Source: the human T2T-CHM13v2.0 reference genome, Homo sapiens. From it: a stretch of 64,000 nt of DNA. Each line of letters opens with the position of its first letter. Positions within the stretch are counted from its first letter, which is position 1. This document shows, piece after piece, positions 14,220 through 29,872 of this stretch. Below the pieces are notes generated by a model. That model saw nothing but the letters and a program-made list of their open reading frames with translations. It did not search any database and was not told the DNA's origin. Made by a program: the position numbers and the translations under genes. Where the stretch lies: NCBI RefSeq assembly GCF_009914755.1, contig NC_060942.1. One strand, given 5' to 3'.

Positions 14220-14409
14220 CAGTGGTTCTCAAAGTGTTGTGTGGGGATGCCTGATGATCCATGCCCTCTTTTAAAGGATTGTACTACTTTCATACTAACC
14301 TGCTTGCTATGTGAATTTTTCTACTCTCTTTTTTCCACAGGCACAGTGGAGTTTCTTTGAGGCTACATGGTGAGAGAAGATGTCACCGCTCTGACTGACA
14401 TACATAATG

Positions 14410-14449
<40 letters not shown>

Positions 14450-14576
14450 AGTTTTAATTTCAAGTATGGGAAATATAAAGAGATATAATATTTTAAAAAC
14501 CAATGGTTTGGTGGCTGTCAATATTCTTTAAGACTGCAAAAGTGTTCAGAGACAGAATTTTGAGACTAGAACACTG
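14220..14576 (+). mobile_element. hAT-Charlie non-autonomous DNA transposon (Charlie4/MER119-like)
   Basis: Terminal CAGTGGTTCTCAAAGTG ... AGAACACTG; internal CAGTGGAGTTT...GAGGCTACATG. Confidence 0.7.
14411..14446. repeat. (TG)18 microsatellite
   Basis: Perfect dinucleotide run inside the Charlie element. Confidence 0.97.
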
Positions 14577-17500
14577 TATCAGAATTTTGAGACTGAAACA
14601 GTGTCCTGTACATTCAGAGTTGAAGACACTCCCATGAGCACTAGATATGAATGTGGGTGGATAGGCCATGACAGCAAATGGCCCTGCCTTTATTACCTGA
14701 CTCACTTGTACCACAATAGTCCCAACATCACTCACTCCTCATTTATTCTTTAGGGAACTATTTGAACTCTTTCAGAAGACGGACTCCTCGATAAAGCAGT
14801 AGTACTCCTGTTTCCAACATTTCACATTATTGTAAGTTGCATTACAGTGAACAGAATTTTATTGAAGCACAAGGGCTATATTTCAGGTTCTACTGAGTGT
14901 ATCATTTTGTTTTGTCAGACACTTTTATGGATAATTATGGATGAAAATTTATAAAAAATCTAAAAGTCATCATTGACTCTTTTCTCGCTTAACCTGCGTA
15001 ATCAATTGGTCGAGTCCTATTGATTTTTCTCCTCAATAGCTCTCCAATTTCTCTTCTTCTCTGTGTCTCCACCGCATCAATATAGTTCAAGCAACCATCA
15101 CTCTCCCCTAATTCATTAGAGCAGCATTCTACCTGTCACCAATCCACTGGGATGAATTCAAAGGAACTGATCTTAGTATTTCATTTCAACAATTGTCTTC
15201 TTGAAATACTGTTAAAAATATTGTCATTTTTTGCTTTGCCCCCACTCCTGGGTGGGCCAAACTCTCAATGAATCATGACATTGAACCCTGCTTGGAATGG
15301 GTTGTTCAGCAGTGCATAGAAGGTGCCTGACAGCTGTGTGCATCAATCCAGATCCTTTCAGTCTGTGCCTTGCACCGAGTCTGCATACATCTAGATAAAA
15401 TGAATCTGTCAGCCTACTTTGACAATAAAATGATGGGGATATGAAAAGCTGAATTAAATCTAAGACCAGGTGAATTCTGAGAGAAGTCAGGATAGAGAAT
15501 AACCATCATAGAGATAGGAAATCTTAGACTATTCCAATTCTGAATTCTAATAAATGTAGCTAAAAAACATCAGATTAAAAGTGTTTGTCAGGTATGTGTC
15601 TTGGAACTAAAGGTATTTTCCATGTTAAATATAATTAAATGATCTACAGAATAAAAGAATGTCTCAAAAATATTTATCAATATTTCCTATCAGAGAAATG
15701 TTACTTATAAATATTTATTATATTTTGGATAATAAATGAGTATAAAAGGTGACTTAAGGAGTATGTTTCTCTCTATCAAATTAATAATGTGTAAATTATA
15801 TAAGCAATTGTTTAAAAATATTTTTTTCAATGGATAAATAAAATATATATTTTTTCAATGGATAAATAAAATATTTTAAAAGGTAAATTAGTAACTTACA
15901 CAAATAATCATACTGATTAGTTTAAGCATTCATTAGAAAAATTACTTCTGAGGCTTTCATAAAAAAAATACTGTGTTATTCAACATACCTTTACATACCA
16001 TTTATTATTAGTGTCAATGATATAACTTTCAATTAGACCTAGCTATGTTCTTGAAGGACTTCATGGTCCCTTAGCAGAACACGAGGCAATAATGATCACT
16101 TTCTGGGAAAAACTACACTAGGAAAATGTGAGAATCTGATGCACTAAGCTATCCTAGCTTTTGGGATATGCACTGTCTAGCATTATCAGCATTGTTGGTG
16201 AGATCTCACTAACATGCAGACGTGTGAAAAGTAAAATCACATTTTGTCCTAGTAGAGATACAAATTGGATTTTTTTTCCCCAGTAAGTAATCTGAATGAA
16301 ATATTTCTGAAATTAAAACCTCAAATGTAAAGGAGGATAAATGGGTCTTATTTTATTTAATTTATTTATTTTTTTGTAGCCAGTTTGGAACAGAGCAGTT
16401 AGTTTATGGCTTAAGACTGTATAACATCTTGAAGGACTGATTTTCAGTAAATGTACATGATATAGGACTGTATACAACTCTTCAAAATACAAATATTTCA
16501 ACACTGTCAATTAAATAAAACCTGCAACAATTGATAAGAAAAAGTCTCATTTTAAAAATTCCAGGTTGCGTATCAAAGCAAGATGCTATACTCTTTTTTT
16601 GGAGCCTCTTCAATTCTAAGGAGTCCTAAGGTCACTTAATGGAACTCTACACTTAGCAAGCTGTTAAAATTTCTTCTTCCTTAGTAACTGAGCAGCAAAC
16701 GTCCTACTTGGTTTGATCTGAGCAGCATAAATGAATATAAAAAACGAGAGGGAACAAATCTTTAAAAGATCTAATAATATCAAAATATGGTTATGCTGTA
16801 CGAAAGTTATCTAGTTCTTTAGTGATATGTTTTACTCCTATTGTAATCAAGTTATGAATCATACATCTAACTAGATCTATGTAAACTGGTAAATATAATA
16901 AATGGTTTTACCTTGAACTTATTAGACAATGTCCTAGTGATTTTCTAACGATACATATTGTAACAAAATTCCTATAGAAAGACACACCCTTGGTGTTCAT
17001 CAAAAATGTTTTGGTTCTGTAATGTCAAAGCAGATTACTTTCCCAACATAAATATTATTTTCACAATGCTTCTAAAAGGTACAGAACATGTCTATAAGGG
17101 ATAAAGAATGAGGAGGTTATTTGCAGTAAATCACTCATTTTAGTGCCAATTTAAATAAACTTCAAGGAGGAAAGATGAATTCACACTGCAGTTACCTTTT
17201 TTATCTTGGACCTCATGTTTTTCATTTTATTTTCTATTTTTTAAGATAATTAGTTCTCATCCTACTCTAAATGCGGAGGGAGGGAGCTAATAAATAGATC
17301 CTGAAGAACAAGAGGACCAGTAATGGGAAGTGTCATGCTGCTTGCCTGTTTCCGAAGTACTGTTTTATTTTATTTATTCTTTCAGTCCCTGTCTTTCTGA
17401 CACTTTTTACATCAAGAAAATACCGTGACTAATACTGAGAAATTGGAAGAAATTTTTTTAAGGACAGTGAAGTATGACGCATAATAAATCTCAGAAAACT

Positions 17501-17690
17501 GTGGAGCCGTAAACGAATCAACACGATATTCTGGATATGTCTACACTCTTAACTGCTGCTGAAAAATTCTTATTAATAAGGACGCAACTTACCAAATCAC
17601 ATGCTGCAACTGAAATTTCAACAATTAAGGCCACTTTTTTGGTTATCAGAATAATAAACTCAGATGGAGATACTATATTAACATAGCTTT

Positions 17691-18128
<438 letters not shown>

Positions 18129-18539
18129 CTACAAAAGGAATTTTGAGAAAATAAGGTATGATGAGGGAGAGGGCACTTCAGAGAACCCAGAAGATGAAAA
18201 CATTGTCAAGACAAATCTCTACAAATGATTTTACCCAGAGCTAATTCTACATCTCAGAAAGAAAACAACGGTTTGAATAAAAAGCAATATTATACATAAT
18301 TTAAAAGCTCTTAGTTCCTTGGAATGGATCTACATTCAATCTCTTAGAATTTGTAAGTCATAATGCACTATATATAGTATTGGCTACCATTGCAAAGATT
18401 AATCATAATTTTATAACTTTTCAGTATATAATTAAAATATAAATACATCTTCCAAAATTTCTAATTGAGCCTTTTATTATCTATTTTCAAAAACATCTGC
18501 ATATTATTATTAAATGTAGCAAAATAATGTAAATTGTTA

Positions 18540-19030
18540 TCATGACATTTGATACCTTCCATGATCTGGTCTTTGCCCACGTTTTAAACTTTCACATGCT
18601 GCTTCCCACATAGATGTTTCCCCTCTCTCTATTCAGGACAATCTAAATAATTCCATTTCTAAGGTATGGCAGTTTGTTTCATTGCTATAAAAATCTAGTC
18701 AAGGTATTACCTCTTCTTAAAATCTCTCCTGTATTCTGGCTGCCACAAAATACCTCATTATCTTTAAAGTGTTAGCAGGTCTCTTTGCTGTAAATCCTAT
18801 TCTGACCCTGATGCATGAACTGACCATTATCTTTAATTAATCCTCTCCCTATCCCTGACACATATCATGGTGAGTACCATATTCAATTTCACTTCATTGC
18901 TTAAATGTTGGTCTCTTCTTAATAAACTGCAACTAAGGCAGGGATAATATCAAATTCAACTGTGTAAATCCAGTATATAGTGCCCTGTCTCATAGAAATG
19001 AAGTCCTCAAGAGATGTCGCATGAGTTGAA
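18540..19030 (+). mobile_element. L2 3' region
   Basis: CCTTCCATGATCTGG...CTAAGGCAGGGA...TATAGTGCCC resembles an L2 3' end; diverged. Confidence 0.55.
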
Positions 19031-19785
19031 AATAATAGATAAGATACTAAATAGGTTGACAATAGATAGGACAGTGAGTGGTTGAGAGCTGGAACTCTAG
19101 ATTTAGAGCTATGAATCCAAGTGTGTGTGCCCTTAGAGAGTTAAATACTATTTCAAACATTGGGCAATATAGGTAGTGAGATAGTGCATGCAAAATAGTT
19201 TTCAGGGAAAATAGCTTAAGGTAAGTCTTAAGTAATATTATATTACTATGATGAATTAACAGTATAATTATCTGCACTATTTCTATAAACTAGTGGTCAT
19301 AAATTACAACCAAGGGCTAAGAATGTATGATCTCTTTCAAATTCTTGATTCATGTTGCAAATAGCAATTATCTGACAGCTGCATTGAATGTTGCCATCAA
19401 AGCCACTGCTAAGACTCAGGGATGAGTTACCTTATCCTTAGCCACTTAATCAAAATTCAGACATGGGAGACAGCATGTGTTGGGCATTACTGTGACCCGC
19501 CTGCCTCCCGCCTCCCATCTATCATTTATTTTCCTGGAAATTGAGCAAGGGAAGGATCCGGCACTTTTGTGATTCCATAGAGGAAGGATAGCAAATGGGA
19601 TAAACAGTCACCAAATACAACACAGAACCAGAAAGAAACAACTTCCCTCAGATGAAACTTGATACCTTTGTGAAATATGAGTACTGTATACACTAGACAA
19701 CACATAAAGGCAAATATCTACTATATTGACAAAATAAGGAAGTCTCATGGAGAATTTTTATCCTATTATTTTAAAATATAAATAA

Positions 19786-20164
<379 letters not shown>

Positions 20165-21699
20165 AAAAAATATTTTATGTTTATTTACACAATGTAGCAA
20201 AATGGAAGCATGGCTTTATATAAATATTAAGGAAATGAACAGTTAAAATTTAGGAAGTAGAGAAGGTTAACTTAGAGATAAGATTCTGTAGAATAAACTG
20301 GTATAAATCAATCTGAATTTGTTATTCTGGCCTGTCAAAATAAAGAGATAATTAAAAATCATCGTAAGAATTTCATGTGACTAACGTAAGTATATATTTT
20401 CATCGAAATAAGAAACCGTATGTTTGAGGAATAAACTCAATCTGACATTCCAAGAGCCAGGAATTTCAAGCCTCAGGCTTTTTTGCAAGAGATAGTCCGT
20501 TCCACCTGTAAGAGAGTGTTAATCAGGGAAAGGAAAGCAGCCAAAGAGAGATAACATTTACAAGTACAATTTCATACATTAGGAAGTTTCCTCTTGGCCT
20601 TTTCAAACATATGGATGTAAAAAGGGATGATACAATTTTAGTCATTCAACTAATCTTAGATATAAGATAGTATCTCAACAACACATTTGCTTTACCATTA
20701 AGCTTTTCCTAAAATTTATTTTGCTTAGTGTAGAAAAATGTCTTAGACTTTTCCCCAATAGCATCAAATGATGCTCTCTAAATATCCAAACAAGGAGAAA
20801 CTGGCTAAATAATTTATGGGACATTAAAAAACTAGAAAATTACTATGGATATAGGTTTAGAAACTAGTTACATGAATATATGCTAACCTTAAAATATTTA
20901 AAATAAACATTACAGAATTATATATATATAATATGTATAATCCATAATATATATTATGCATTGAAGATATGTACTTGAGCTTACATATTTTTAACTGCTC
21001 ACAATTATCTGAAAGATCATGTATTGTCTTAAGGCAAGAGAATAAAACTCAATTTTATTAAAAAGGTAAGTTTCTAAGCAAGTTAAAACATATGAATTAA
21101 TTTTATACTATGATGGTCTAAGCTTGTTTAACACATGAAAAATATATACAAGTTTTAAATAGATTGCTTCTCTTAACATTGGGACTCTTATAACTATTAT
21201 TACAAATGAAGTGTTTTGATTTTAAATTATTTTCACCATATCTAAGTAAACCAAACTTTAAGCACAGTCTTCTGAACAATTTCTTTAAGCAAATCTCATG
21301 AGGAATTATTAGCCAGAACTTCATATATGAGTTTATTTTCCCTATAAAACAAAACAATCAGTAAAATCTTAGTGAATTAAAGTAAGCTAATTTATATAGA
21401 ATTATTTTACAGAATTCCATTTTAATTTTTAGATTTAAGCATACTAACCCTCAAATTGAAAGGACTGCTAGTTTGTAAAATACTGTAAAATGACACCATT
21501 ATTGCAAACACTATTTTCTGTAGACATTATTTGCCGCTCAGAAATGTTTTTAAACAGTAGCTTAAAGTTTACAGTGCCCAAAGCACAAATATATATGTTC
21601 ATAGGCAAATATTTTTTCAAGATGAGTAGCTTTTGTTATAAAAAAATTTAAGTTAGTTCTATATTTTTCAGCCTCTAAATTTTATTGAATTTCCTCAAA

Positions 21700-21940
21700 T
21701 ACCTGGACCATGATTTTAGACTTTAGCTAGCCTACTGTGGGATCTAGAAAAATTACTTAACCTTGATAAAAATCAGTTTCCTCCCTCTAACATGGGAGTA
21801 ACAAACTGATATGCAAAAGACCTATGGGGATTAAATTAGTTGAATACATGCAAAAAGTGTTTATCAGATTGGCCAGAAGATTGTTAGGATCCAGAAAGTA
21901 AATTGGCTGTTGATAATGTCATTATCATGATCATCATTAT
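21700..21940 (+). mobile_element. MIR SINE
   Basis: TTACTTAACCT...TCAGTTTCCTC...ATGGGAGTAACA...GGATTAAAT. Confidence 0.6.
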
Positions 21941-23349
21941 TATTTAGGAGATGCTACAATTACTCAATCTAATTCTCATCTGTAAATATGAGTTTTGAGT
22001 AAGGTATACTTGGTGTCTTTTCCTATAATAAGCTGTCTACAATTTAATGTTAATTACATTTTCTGCAATAGAAAACATTTTCTGAATATTAAAGGAAAAG
22101 AGTGTGTATTCAATCACACTCAAAACAGTGGAAGGTGGGCAGCTATTTTCAGAGGCTGAGCAGGCTTTATGCCTAAGCTCTGAATCTAAAAGAGAACAAA
22201 AATATCTTTTTCTTTGTAAATGAATATTTCTCTAGTCTTTGATAAAGAAAAGTACAATTAAGCCTTATTTAAAAGTTAATTTTCATGATGGAAACAATGA
22301 AAGTTAAAGACTCTCACCTCATTACTGTTGAAAAGAAGAAACTCATAAACATAACATTTAATTCAGTGTAATAAAATCGGAAGGGATCTTTTCTTCAAGA
22401 CTGAGAAAAGTCACCAATATCTACCGAAAAGATGGAGTACTTCCATTAAATCTATTTGTTTCAATAAGAGGAGATTATACAGTGACCTTTTCTGTAGCTG
22501 CCTTGGTTTCTCCATTTTTAATCATTATGCAAGATTCGGTAGAAATTCTTGCTGACAGTTTGCTCTTCAGGGGGCAATTAAGAGAGCAGTGAATTCACTG
22601 GAAACTGAAAATCATTTCACTTTACTACTGAAAATGACAGGAGAGAGGCCCACATACTCGCACTGTCAAAGAACTCTTCCAATGTTAAATAACACAAGAA
22701 TCCAGAAAGTTGTTCTTAAGGAAAATTGCATATTGCAAAGAACGTACTAAAAAATACATCACAAATAGAATGACTGTTAATAGTTATAATTAATGTTATA
22801 TTATATTATACAAAATATAGAGCCATAGTCCTATATTTATTATTTTGTATATTTGTATAAATTTGTTCCTGGAAAATCTGCTATATTGGTTTTTGTCTAC
22901 CTTGCTCTATTTTATACTTCAGATATAGTTTTTCTAAGGATTTCATTATTCATAGCTGAAAAACCAATAACTGCACTAATATGTTTAACCAAAGCAAATT
23001 AATATGAACAAAACCATTACAGTGATTATTTATGGAGTATTTGCATATGTTTTCAAAAAAATATTTCAGAGTAAGATGTAATCTTAAAGACTTTATTTTT
23101 TTTTTACTCAGCCCGTTTTTTATTGGACATTATTATACTTTTTGTGCTGTAAGAATATTTATAACAATCTGAGGTGAATGACTTTGAGCTAAAACCTTAG
23201 ATACATATCTGATTTTCTCCTTTACCAAAAATTTCTAAAAATATATAACTGATCAAAGGGCAAGGAGACTTTCGCAAGGTTTTCAGCAATATTGCGATAT
23301 TGTTAGCACCAGTTTGCACCACCATGAACATTATGCAGGCATGCCTTTA

Positions 23350-24210
23350 TTATTTTTGAATTACATATATTTAATGTGTACAACATGAAGTTTTGATACA
23401 CATATACATAGTGAAATTTTAGATCATGCAAAAGAAAAATCCATCAGCTCACATAGTAACTGTGTGTGTGTAGGTGGGGGTGTGAAAGTGAATGTGTGTG
23501 GTAAGAGCACCTAAAATCTTCTCTTAGCAAATCTCAGGTGTACAATATTTTAAACGGTAGTCTTTATTTATAGATTAAATCTTCATACTTATCCAACCCA
23601 CATCACTGCAACTTTTACCTTGTGACTTACATCTCCACATATTCCTAATTCCCTTCCCTCCCTGCCCCTGTTAACTATTGTTTCATTCTCTGTCTCTATG
23701 TATTAAACCTTTTTTTTGTTTGTTTTAGATTCCACATATAAGTGGCATCATGCAGTATTTTTCTTTCTATTTCTGGCTTGTTTAACTTAGCATAATGTCC
23801 TTCGGTTTCATCCATGATTTTGTAAATGGCAGAATTGTTTTCTTTTTTGTCTGAATAGTATTCAGTGTTTGTGTGTGTATATGTGTGTGTAAATATATAC
23901 ACCACATTTTCTTTATCCATTTATCTGCCTAGAGATATTCAGGCTGTTTTCATATCTCAGAAATTTTGAATAATGCTGCAATGAATATGAAAGTGACGTT
24001 TTCTCTTCAACACATTGATTTAATATCTTTTGAATATATACCCAGTAGTAGGATTGCTGGATCACTGGAGTTCTGTTTTTTAATTTTTTGAGGAATTTTT
24101 ATCCTGTTTTCCGCAATGACTATTGCAAGGTACATTTCCATAACAGTGTAGGGGTTCCCTTTCCTCCTCATTCTCACCAAAACTTGTTATCACTTTCTTC
24201 TTCATATAAA
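23350..24210 (-). mobile_element. L1MA/L1MB 3' end
   Basis: Antisense L1 3' text (TTAGATTCCACATATAAGTG, TATATACCCAGTAGTAGGATTGCTGGATCA); the ORF 23696-23920 (MDKENVVY...) is an L1 ORF2 C-terminal remnant. Confidence 0.88.
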
Positions 24211-24608
24211 ATGTTATTTATTCCGAGTGTGTACCACCAGAGGCTGTAAGAAACAACCACCTCCACCCCGAAATCTTGGCAGCTGAACACAGCAAAGATT
24301 GCTGTTTATCTTATATTGATGTCCAATGAAGGATGACAAATGGGATTCTTTCCATCCTGTGGTTTCTTTGTCCATTAAGTCCCCTGATTTTCCTATTAGC
24401 TCTTCTGCATCAGAGAGGGGAAATGGGGTGAGAAAAGAGGACTGTGCAATGAGCAGTTTAGAGGCCAGGCTTGGAGACTGCACATGCCTTTCTCCTTGCA
24501 TCCAGAAATCAGATCTCCAGCTCCACTTAATAATCATCAGCGAAATACATGGGATTGACCTTTTCCCAGAAAGAAGATAATGAACACAGTTGTTAGTGAA
24601 TATTAGTG

Positions 24609-27600
24609 TGATATGGCTTGGCTGTGTCCTCACCCAACTCATCTTGAACTGTAGTTCCCATAAGCCCTACGTGTCATTGGAGGGACTGGTGGAAGATAAT
24701 TAATCATGAGAGTGGTTCCCTCCATGCTATTCTCGAGATAGTGAGTAAGTTCTCATGAGATCTGATGGCTTTATAAGGGGCATCCCCATTTTCTCAGTTC
24801 TCATTCTTCTCTCTACTGCTGCCATGTGAAGAAGGACATGTTCACATCTGCTTTCACCATGATTATAAATTTCCTGAGGCCTCCCCAGGGATGCTGAACT
24901 ATTAGTCAATTAAATCTCTTTCGTTTATGAATTTCCCAGTGCCCAAGGCCATGGGAGCCCACCTCTTGCATCAGTGTGACCTGGATGTGTGACATGGAGT
25001 CAAAGGAGATCATTTTGGAACTTTAAGGTTCCAAACGGTCCTTTTGGATTTTAGACTTGAATAGGGCCTGTAGTCTCTTGTTTTGGCAAATTTTTCCCAT
25101 TGGGTGTATTTGCCCAATGCCTGTTCCCCTACTGTATCTAGGAAGTAACTAACTTGCTTTTCATTTTGTGGGCTCATAGGCGGAAGGGACTTGGCTTGTC
25201 CGACCTTGGACTTGGACTTTTGAGTTAATGCTGAAATGAGTTGAGACTTTAAAGGACTGTTGAAAAGGTATGATTGTGTTTTAAAATGTGAGGACATGAG
25301 ATTTTGGTGGGCCTAGGGGTGCAATGATACGGTTTGGCTGGTCCTCACCTAAATTACATTTTATTTCATTTTTTATTTTTATTTTTTCAAGATGGAGTCT
25401 TACTCTGTCACCCAGGCTGGAATGCAGTGGTACAGTCTTGGCTCACTACAACCTCTGCCTCCTGGGTTCAAGCAATTCTGCCTCAGCCTCCCGAGTAGGT
25501 GAGATTACAGGCACATGCCATCATGCCCAGCTAATTTTTGTATTCTTAGTAGAGACAAGGTTTCACCATGTTGACCAGGCTGGTCTCGAACATGTGACCT
25601 CATGATCCACCCTCCTCAGTCTCCCAAAGTGCTGGGATTACAGGCGTGAGCCACCATGCCCGACCTCTAAATTACATTGTAAATTATAGTTCCCATAATC
25701 CCCACGTGCTGTGGGAGGAGCCTGGTGGGGGGTAATTGAATCTTGGGGGTGGTTTCCCCCATGCTATTCCCATGATAGTGAGTGAGTTCTCCTGAGATCT
25801 GATGATTTTATGAAGGGCTTCCCCCTTCAATTGGTTCTCATTCTCTCTCCTGCCACCATGCAAAGAAGGGCGTGTTTGCTTTCACTTCTGCCATGAGTGT
25901 AAGGTTCCTGAGGCCTCCCCATCCATGCTGAACTATGAGTCAACTAAACCTCTTTCCTTTATAAATTACCCAGTCTCAGGCATGTCTTTATTAGTAGTTT
26001 GAGAATTAATACTGCATATTGGTACCACAGAGAGTGGGGTGCTGATATAAAGATACTCAAAAATGTGGAAGCAACATTAGAACTGGGTAACATGAGAGGT
26101 TGGAACAGTTTGGGGGGCTCAGAATAAGATGGGAAAATGTGGGAAAGTTTGAAACCTCCTAGACTTGGAGGGCTCAGAAAACAGGAAGATGTAGTGAGGT
26201 TTGGAACTTCCTGGAGACTTGTCAAATGGCTTTGACCAAAATGCTGAGAGTGATATGGATAATAAAGCCCAGGCTGAGGTGGTCTCAGATGGAGATGAGG
26301 AACTTGTTGGGAACTGGAGTATAGGTTACTCTCACTATGCAAAGAGACTGGCAGTATTTTATCCCTGACCTAGAGATCCCTGGAACTTTGAACTTGACAG
26401 ACTTGATCTGGGTACCTGGTGGAAGAAATTTCTAAGTGGCAAAGCATTCAAGAGGAAGCAGAGCATAAAAGTTTGGAAAATTTGCAGCCTGATGATGCGA
26501 TAGAAGAGAAAAACCCATTTTCTGAGGAGAAATTCAAGCCCACTGCAGAAATTTTCATAAGTAATGAGGAGCCAAATGTTAGCCACCAAGACAATAAGAA
26601 ATATATCTCTAGGGCATGTCAGAGACCTTCGCAGCAACCCCTCCCAACACAGGCCTGGAGGCCTAGAAGGAAAAATGTTTTCATGACCTGGGCCCAGGGC
26701 CCCCCAACTCTGTGCAGCCTCAGGACATGGTGCCCTGTGTCCCAGCTACTTCAGCCTCAGCCATGGTAAAAGGGGTCAATATCCAGGCTTGGGCCATTGC
26801 TTCACAGGGTGTAAGCCCCAAGCCTCGGCAGCTCCCATATGGTGTTGGCCCTGTGGGTGCAAAGAAGACAAGAATTGAGGTTTAGGAACCTCTGCCTAGG
26901 TTGCAGAGGATGTATGGAAATACCTGGATGTCCAGGCAGAAGTTTGCTGCAGGGATGGGGCACTCACGGAAAACCTCTGCTAGGGTAGTATGGAAGGGAA
27001 ATGTGGGGTTGGAGCCCCCACACAGAGTCTTCACAAGGGCACTTTATAGTGGAGCTGTAAGAAGAGGGTCACCATCCTTCAGACCCCAGAATGGTAGCTC
27101 CACTGACAGCTTACACCATGTGCCTGGAAAAGCCGCAGGCACTCAATGCCATTTCATGAAAGCAACCAGAAAGGGCGCTATACCCTGCAAAGCCACAGGG
27201 GGAGCTGCCCAAGGCTGTGGAACCCCACCTCTTACATCAGTGTGACCCGGATGTGAGACATGGATGCAAAGGAGATCATTTTGGAACTTCAACGTTTAAT
27301 GAATACCCTATTGGATTTCAGACTTGCATGGGGCCTGTAGCCTCTTTGTTTTGGCCAATTTCTCTCATTTGCAGTGGGTGTATTTGCCCAGTGCCTGTTC
27401 CCCATTGTATCTAGGAAGTAACTAACTTGCTTTTGATTTTGCAGGCTCATAGGCAGAAGGGACTTGCCTTGTCTCAGATGAAACCTCGGACTTGGACTTT
27501 TGAGTTAATGCTGAAATGAGTTGAGACTTTAAAGGACTGTTGGAAAGGCATGATTGTGTTTGAAATGTGAGGACATGATATCTGAGAGGGACCAGGGGTG

Positions 27601-27952
27601 GAATGATGTGGTTTGGCTGTGTCCCCACACAAATCACATTTTGAATTATAGTTCCCATAATTCCCATATGTTGTGGGTGGGACCCAGTGGGAGGTAATTG
27701 AATCATGGGGGCCATTTCCTTCATGTGATTCCTGTGATGGTTTTACAATGGGCTTCCCCCTTTGCTTGGTTTTCATACTTCTCGCTCCTGCCATGTTGTC
27801 AAGAAGGACGTGTTTGCTTTCCCTTCTGCCATGAGTGTACGTTTCCTGAGGCCTCGCCAGCCGTGAACTGTGAGTTAATGAACCCTCTTTCCTTTATAAA
27901 TTGCTTAGTCTAAGGTATGTCTTCATCAGCAGTGTGATAACAGACTAATACA
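24609..27952 (+). mobile_element. THE1 (C/D-like) MaLR provirus with three LTRs: LTR1 24609-24940, partial internal 24941-25324, LTR2 25325-~26013, internal ~26014-27603, LTR3 27604-27952
   Basis: Three TGATA/GTGG(C/T)TTGGCTG LTR starts, THE1-internal text, single 5-bp TSD TAGTG at 24604-24608 and 27953-27957. Confidence 0.93.
25361..25665 (-). mobile_element. AluS inserted in the middle THE1 LTR
   Basis: Antisense dimer; TSD CTAAATTACATT at 25349-25360 and 25667-25678. Confidence 0.93.
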
Positions 27953-28189
27953 TAGTGTTCTCTCTACGAATAAATTTCTTTTTTTTTTTTTAGTAGATTT
28001 CAACTTGAGTAACATATCTTCTTTGAAGAAGATATTTATCATTGGATCTTTTTTGAAAAATATGATCACTATGGCCACATCCTTAAACTACTAAGAAGGG
28101 ACAAAATATGAAATAAAATATATGTACAAATTACATACATTTGTATGTGTGTATATATATATTAAAATATATATATTTCAGTTTCCTAA

Positions 28190-29872
<1,683 letters not shown>

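Noticed and set aside
24214-24642. 142-aa minus-strand ORF
   Set aside because: It starts inside a THE1 LTR and runs through probable old MaLR sequence; no recognisable domain.
25959-27913. Cluster of 90-146 aa ORFs in THE1 internal regions (also 36214-37679)
   Set aside because: These are fragmented remnants of non-autonomous MaLR internal sequence with many stops and frameshifts.
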